Positions 59,901 to 64,000 of a stretch of DNA of 64,000 nt are shown here, piece after piece; position 1 is the first letter of the stretch; the number at the start of each line of letters is the position of its first letter. The notes beneath the pieces are model-generated. The model did not search any database, had not been told where the DNA came from, and worked only from the letters and a program-made list of their open reading frames with translations. A program made the translations under genes and the position numbers. This DNA comes from Centroscyllium fabricii (lineage: Eukaryota): NCBI GenBank assembly GCA_051313645.2, contig JBNRSN020000089.1, positions 2,418,001-2,482,000 on the forward strand. The letters are read 5' to 3'.

Positions 59901-62900
59901 TACATCAGATTATGTCCATCTGTGTACAATACATCAGAAAATGTCCATCTGTGAACAATACATAAGACATTATCTACCTGTGAACAATACATCAGACAAT
60001 ATCCATCTGTGTACAATACATCAGACAAATGTCCATCTGTGTACAATACATCAGACAATATCCATCTGTGTAAAATACATCAGACAATGTCCATCTTTGT
60101 CCAATACATCAGACAATAACCATCTGTGAACAATACATCAGAAAATGTGCAACTGTGCACAATACATAAGACATTATCAATCTGTGTACAATACATCAGA
60201 TATTATACATCAGTGTAAAATACATCCGACAATATCCATCCGTGAATAATACATCAGAAAATGTCCATTTGTGTACAATACATCAGACATTATCCATCTG
60301 TGAACAATACATCAGACAATAACCATCTGTGTACAATACATCAGACAATATCCATCTGTGTACAATACATCAGTAAATGTTCATCTGTGTACAATACATC
60401 AGACAATATCCATCTGTGTACAATTCATCAGACATTATCCATCTGTGAACAATACATCAGACATTATCCATCTGTGTACAATACATCAGACATTGTCCAT
60501 CTGTGAACAATACATCAGTCATTATCCATCTGTGTACAATCCATCAGACAACATCCATCTGTGTACAATACATCAGAGAATGTCCATCTGTGTACAGTAC
60601 ATCAGACAATATCTATCTGTGAACAATATATCAGACAATGTCCATCTGTGTACAATAAATCAGACAATATCCATCTGTGAACATTACATCAGACAATGTC
60701 AATCTGTGAACAATACATCAGACAATGTCCATCTGTGTACAACACATCAGACAATGTCCATCTGTGTACAATACATCAGACAATATGCATCTGTGTACAA
60801 TACATCAGACAATGTCCATCTGTGTACAATACATCAGACAATTTCCATCTGCGAACAATACATCAGACAATTTGCATCTGTGTACAAAACATCAGACATT
60901 GTCCATCTGTGTACAATACATCAGACAATCTCCATCTGTGTACAATACATCAGACATTGTCCGTCTGTGTACAATACATCAGACAATGTCTATCTGTGAA
61001 CAATACATCAGACAATGTCCATCTGTGTACAATACATCAGACAATGTCCATCTGTGAACAATACATCAGACAATATCCATCTGTGTACAATACATCAGAC
61101 AATGCCCATCTGTGAACAATACATCAGACAATGTCCATCTGTGAACAATACAACAGACATTGTCCATCTGTGTACAATACATCAGACATTGTCCATCTGC
61201 GTAAAATACATCAGACATTGTCCATCTGTGTTCAATACATCAGAAAATATCTATCTGTGTACAATACATCCGACAATGTCCATCTGTAAACAATACATCA
61301 GACAATGTCCATCTTTCAACAATACATCAGACAATGTCCATCTGTGTACAATGCATCTGACAATATCCATCTGTGTACAATACATCAGACAATATACATC
61401 TGTGAACAATACATCAGACAATGTTCATCTGTGTACAATACATCAGAAAATGTCCATCTGTGAACAATCCATTAGACAATATCCATCTTTGTACAGTACA
61501 TCAGACAAAGTCCATCTATGTACAATACCTCAGAAAATGTCCATCTGTGAACAAAACATCAGACAATATCTATCTCTGAACAATTTATCAGAGGACGTCC
61601 ATCTGTGTACAATACATCAGACAATATCCATCTGTGTACAATATATCAGACATTATCCATCTGTATACAATACATCAGACATTATCCATCTGTGTACAAT
61701 AAATCAGACAATATCAATCTGTGAACAATACATCAGAAAATGTCCATCTGTGTAGAATACTTCAGACAATGTCCAACTGTGTACAATACATAAGACAATG
61801 TCCATCTAGAGTGCAATACATCAGACAATGTCCATTTGTGTACAATACATCAGACAATGTCCATCTGTGAACAATACATCAGACAATATCCGTCTGTGAA
61901 CAATACATCAGACAATATCCATCTGTGTACAATACATCAGACATTGTCCATCTGTACAATACATCGGACAATGTCCATCTGTTTACAATACATCAGACAT
62001 TATCCATCTGTGTACAATACATCAGAGAATGTCCATCTGTGAACAGTAAATCAGAAAATATCCATCTGTAAACAATACATCAGACAATGTCCATCTGTGT
62101 ACAATACATCAGGCAATATCCATCTGTGTACAATATATCAGACAATATCCATCCGTGTACAGTATATCAGACAATGTCCATCTGTGTACAATATATCAGA
62201 CAATATCCATCTGTGTACAATACATCAGACAATGTCCATCTGTGAACAATACATCAGACAATATCCATCTGTGTACAATACATCAGACAATGTCCATTTG
62301 TGTACAGTACATCAGACAATTTCCATCTGTTTACCGTACATCAGACAATGTCCTTCTGTGTACAATACATCAGACAATGTCCATCTGTGAACAGTACATC
62401 AGACAATAACCATCTGAGAGCAAAACATCAGACAATATCCATCTGTGTACAATACATCAGACAATGTCCATTTGTACAATACATCAGACAATGTCCATCT
62501 GTGTGCAATATATCAGACATTATCCATCTGTGTACAATATATCAGACAATGTCCACCTGTGAACAATACATCAGACAATATCCATCTATGAACAATATAT
62601 CAGACAATGTCCATCTGTGTACAATACCTCAGACAATATCCATCTGTGTACAATACATCAGACAATATCCATCTCTGTACATTACATCAGACAATGTCCA
62701 TCTGTGTACAATACATCAGACAATATCCATCTGTGTACAATACATCAGACAATGTCCATCTGTGAACAATACATCAGACAATGTCCATCTGTGTAGAATA
62801 CATCAGACAATGTCCACCTGTGTACAATACATCCGACAATGTCCATCTGTGTACAATACGTCAGACAATGTCCGTCTGTGTAGAATACATGATACAATAT

Positions 62901-64000
62901 CCATCTCTGAACAATACATCAGACAATGTCCATCTGTGTACAATACATCAGACAATATCCATCTGTGTACAATACATCAGACAATGTCCATCTGTGTACA
63001 ATACGTCAGACAATGTCCATCTGTGAACAATACATCAGACAATATCCATCTGTGAACAATACATCAGACAATATCCATCTGTGTACAATACACCAGACAA
63101 TGGCCATCTGTACAATACATCAGACAATGTCCATCTGTGTACAATACGTCAGACAATGTCCATCTGTGAACAATACATCAGACAATATCCATCTGTGAAC
63201 AATACATCATACATTATCCATCTGTATACAATACATCAGACAATGCCCATCTGTGAACAATACATCAGACAATATCCATCTATGAACAATACATCAGACA
63301 ATGTCCATCTGTGTACAATACATCAGACATTGTTCATCTGTAGAATACATCGGACAATGTCCATCTGTGTACAATATATCAGACATTATCCATCTGTGTA
63401 CAATACATCAGACAATGTCCATCTGTGAACAATAAATCAGAAAATATCCATCTGTAAACAATACATCAGACAATGTCCATCTGTGTACAATACATCCGAC
63501 AATATCCATCTGTGTACAATATATCAGAAAATATCCATCTGTGTACAGTATATCAGACATTGTCCATCTGTGTACAATACATCAGACAATATCCATCTGT
63601 GATCAATACATCAGACAATGTCCATCTGTGAACAATTCATCAGACAATATCCATCTGTGTACAATGCATCAGACAATGTCCATTTGTGTACAGTACATCA
63701 GACAATATCCATCTGTTTACAGTACATCAGACAATGTCCTTCTGTGTACAATACATCAGACAATGTCCATCTGTGAACAATACATCAGACAATATCCATC
63801 TGTGAGCAATAAATCAGACAATATCCATCTGTGTACAATACATCAGACAATGTCCATCTGTACAATACATCAGACAATGTCCATCTGTGTGCAATATATC
63901 AGACATTATCCATCTGTGTACAATACATCAGACAATGTCCACCTGTGAACAATACATCAGACAATATCTATCTATGAACAATATATCAGACAATGTCCAT
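53976..64000 (+). repeat. 29-bp satellite tandem array, right part (same family and orientation)
   Basis: The array resumes in register at AATGTCCATCTG (53976) directly after the LINE tail and continues to the window end. Confidence 0.99.
56340..60700 (+). repeat. ~2.3-kb HOR pair with a third partial copy at ~62280-63130
   Basis: Marker AACCATCTGAGAGCAAAACATC at ~56470, ~58816 and ~62408; CATGAGAC and CCTTCGTTTAAC at ~57441/57513 and ~59700/59771. ORF offsets are 2346 and 2258. Confidence 0.85.

Noticed and set aside
1591-60058. Short minus-strand ORFs (MYCTQMD...)
   Set aside because: Antisense translations of the satellite, open only where a CATAAG or CATCCG variant removes the usual TGA.
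219-63948. Hundreds of Cys/His-rich + strand ORFs (e.g. 28185-29033, 35608-36528) resembling a repeat or zinc-binding protein
   Set aside because: The consensus has no + strand stop and 29 is not divisible by 3, so all three frames give the same 29-aa cycle. ORFs overlap in all frames, end wherever a GTGAAC variant puts TGA in frame, and indel variants ignore frame. No C2H2 spacing.
1-64000. CRISPR array (29-bp, partly palindromic repeats)
   Set aside because: Repeats abut directly with no unique spacers, there are no cas genes, and the only insert is a eukaryotic LINE.
1-64000. Telomerase-type terminal repeat
   Set aside because: No G-runs or TTAGGG-like motif, and multi-kb ordered variant patterns point to recombinational amplification rather than templated addition.
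1-64000. Nucleosome-scale HOR (5x29 = 145 bp or 6x29 = 174 bp)
   Set aside because: A numerical coincidence; I see no 5- or 6-monomer periodicity among the variants.
1-64000. Pure sequencing or assembly artefact
   Set aside because: Copies carry hierarchical shared and private variants and a clean unique LINE insertion, which artefactual concatemers would not; exact copy numbers still need read support.

Overview
This is eukaryotic, probably vertebrate, satellite DNA with no credible intact gene. About 63.4 kb of the 64 kb is one head-to-tail array of a 29-bp monomer (consensus CATCAGACAATGTCCATCTGTGTACAATA; common variants AATATCC, ATTATCC, ATTGTCC, GTGAAC), roughly 2,190 copies, all in one orientation and running off both ends. 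Rare variant monomers recur in a fixed order and reveal nested higher-order repeats (HORs): an underlying ~2.3-2.6 kb unit, local 377/636/1421/1594-bp repeats, 3.9-4.4 kb tandem duplications, and 13.1/17.1-kb-offset duplications whose relative order can partly be read. The only non-satellite DNA is a ~611-bp 5'-truncated CR1-clade LINE at 53365-53975. It has an uninterrupted ORF2 C-terminus, a 3' UTR hairpin and a (TATGTTC)n tail, and it inserted with at most 1 bp of target duplication into one HOR copy whose sister copies are empty. Its 3' end resembles cartilaginous-fish CR1s (from memory, not searched). Nearly all ORFs in the track are artefacts of a monomer with no + strand stop codon. I see no new protein-based system; the interest lies in satellite architecture and the young LINE insertion. 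All spacings were read by hand from the coordinates and ORF track.
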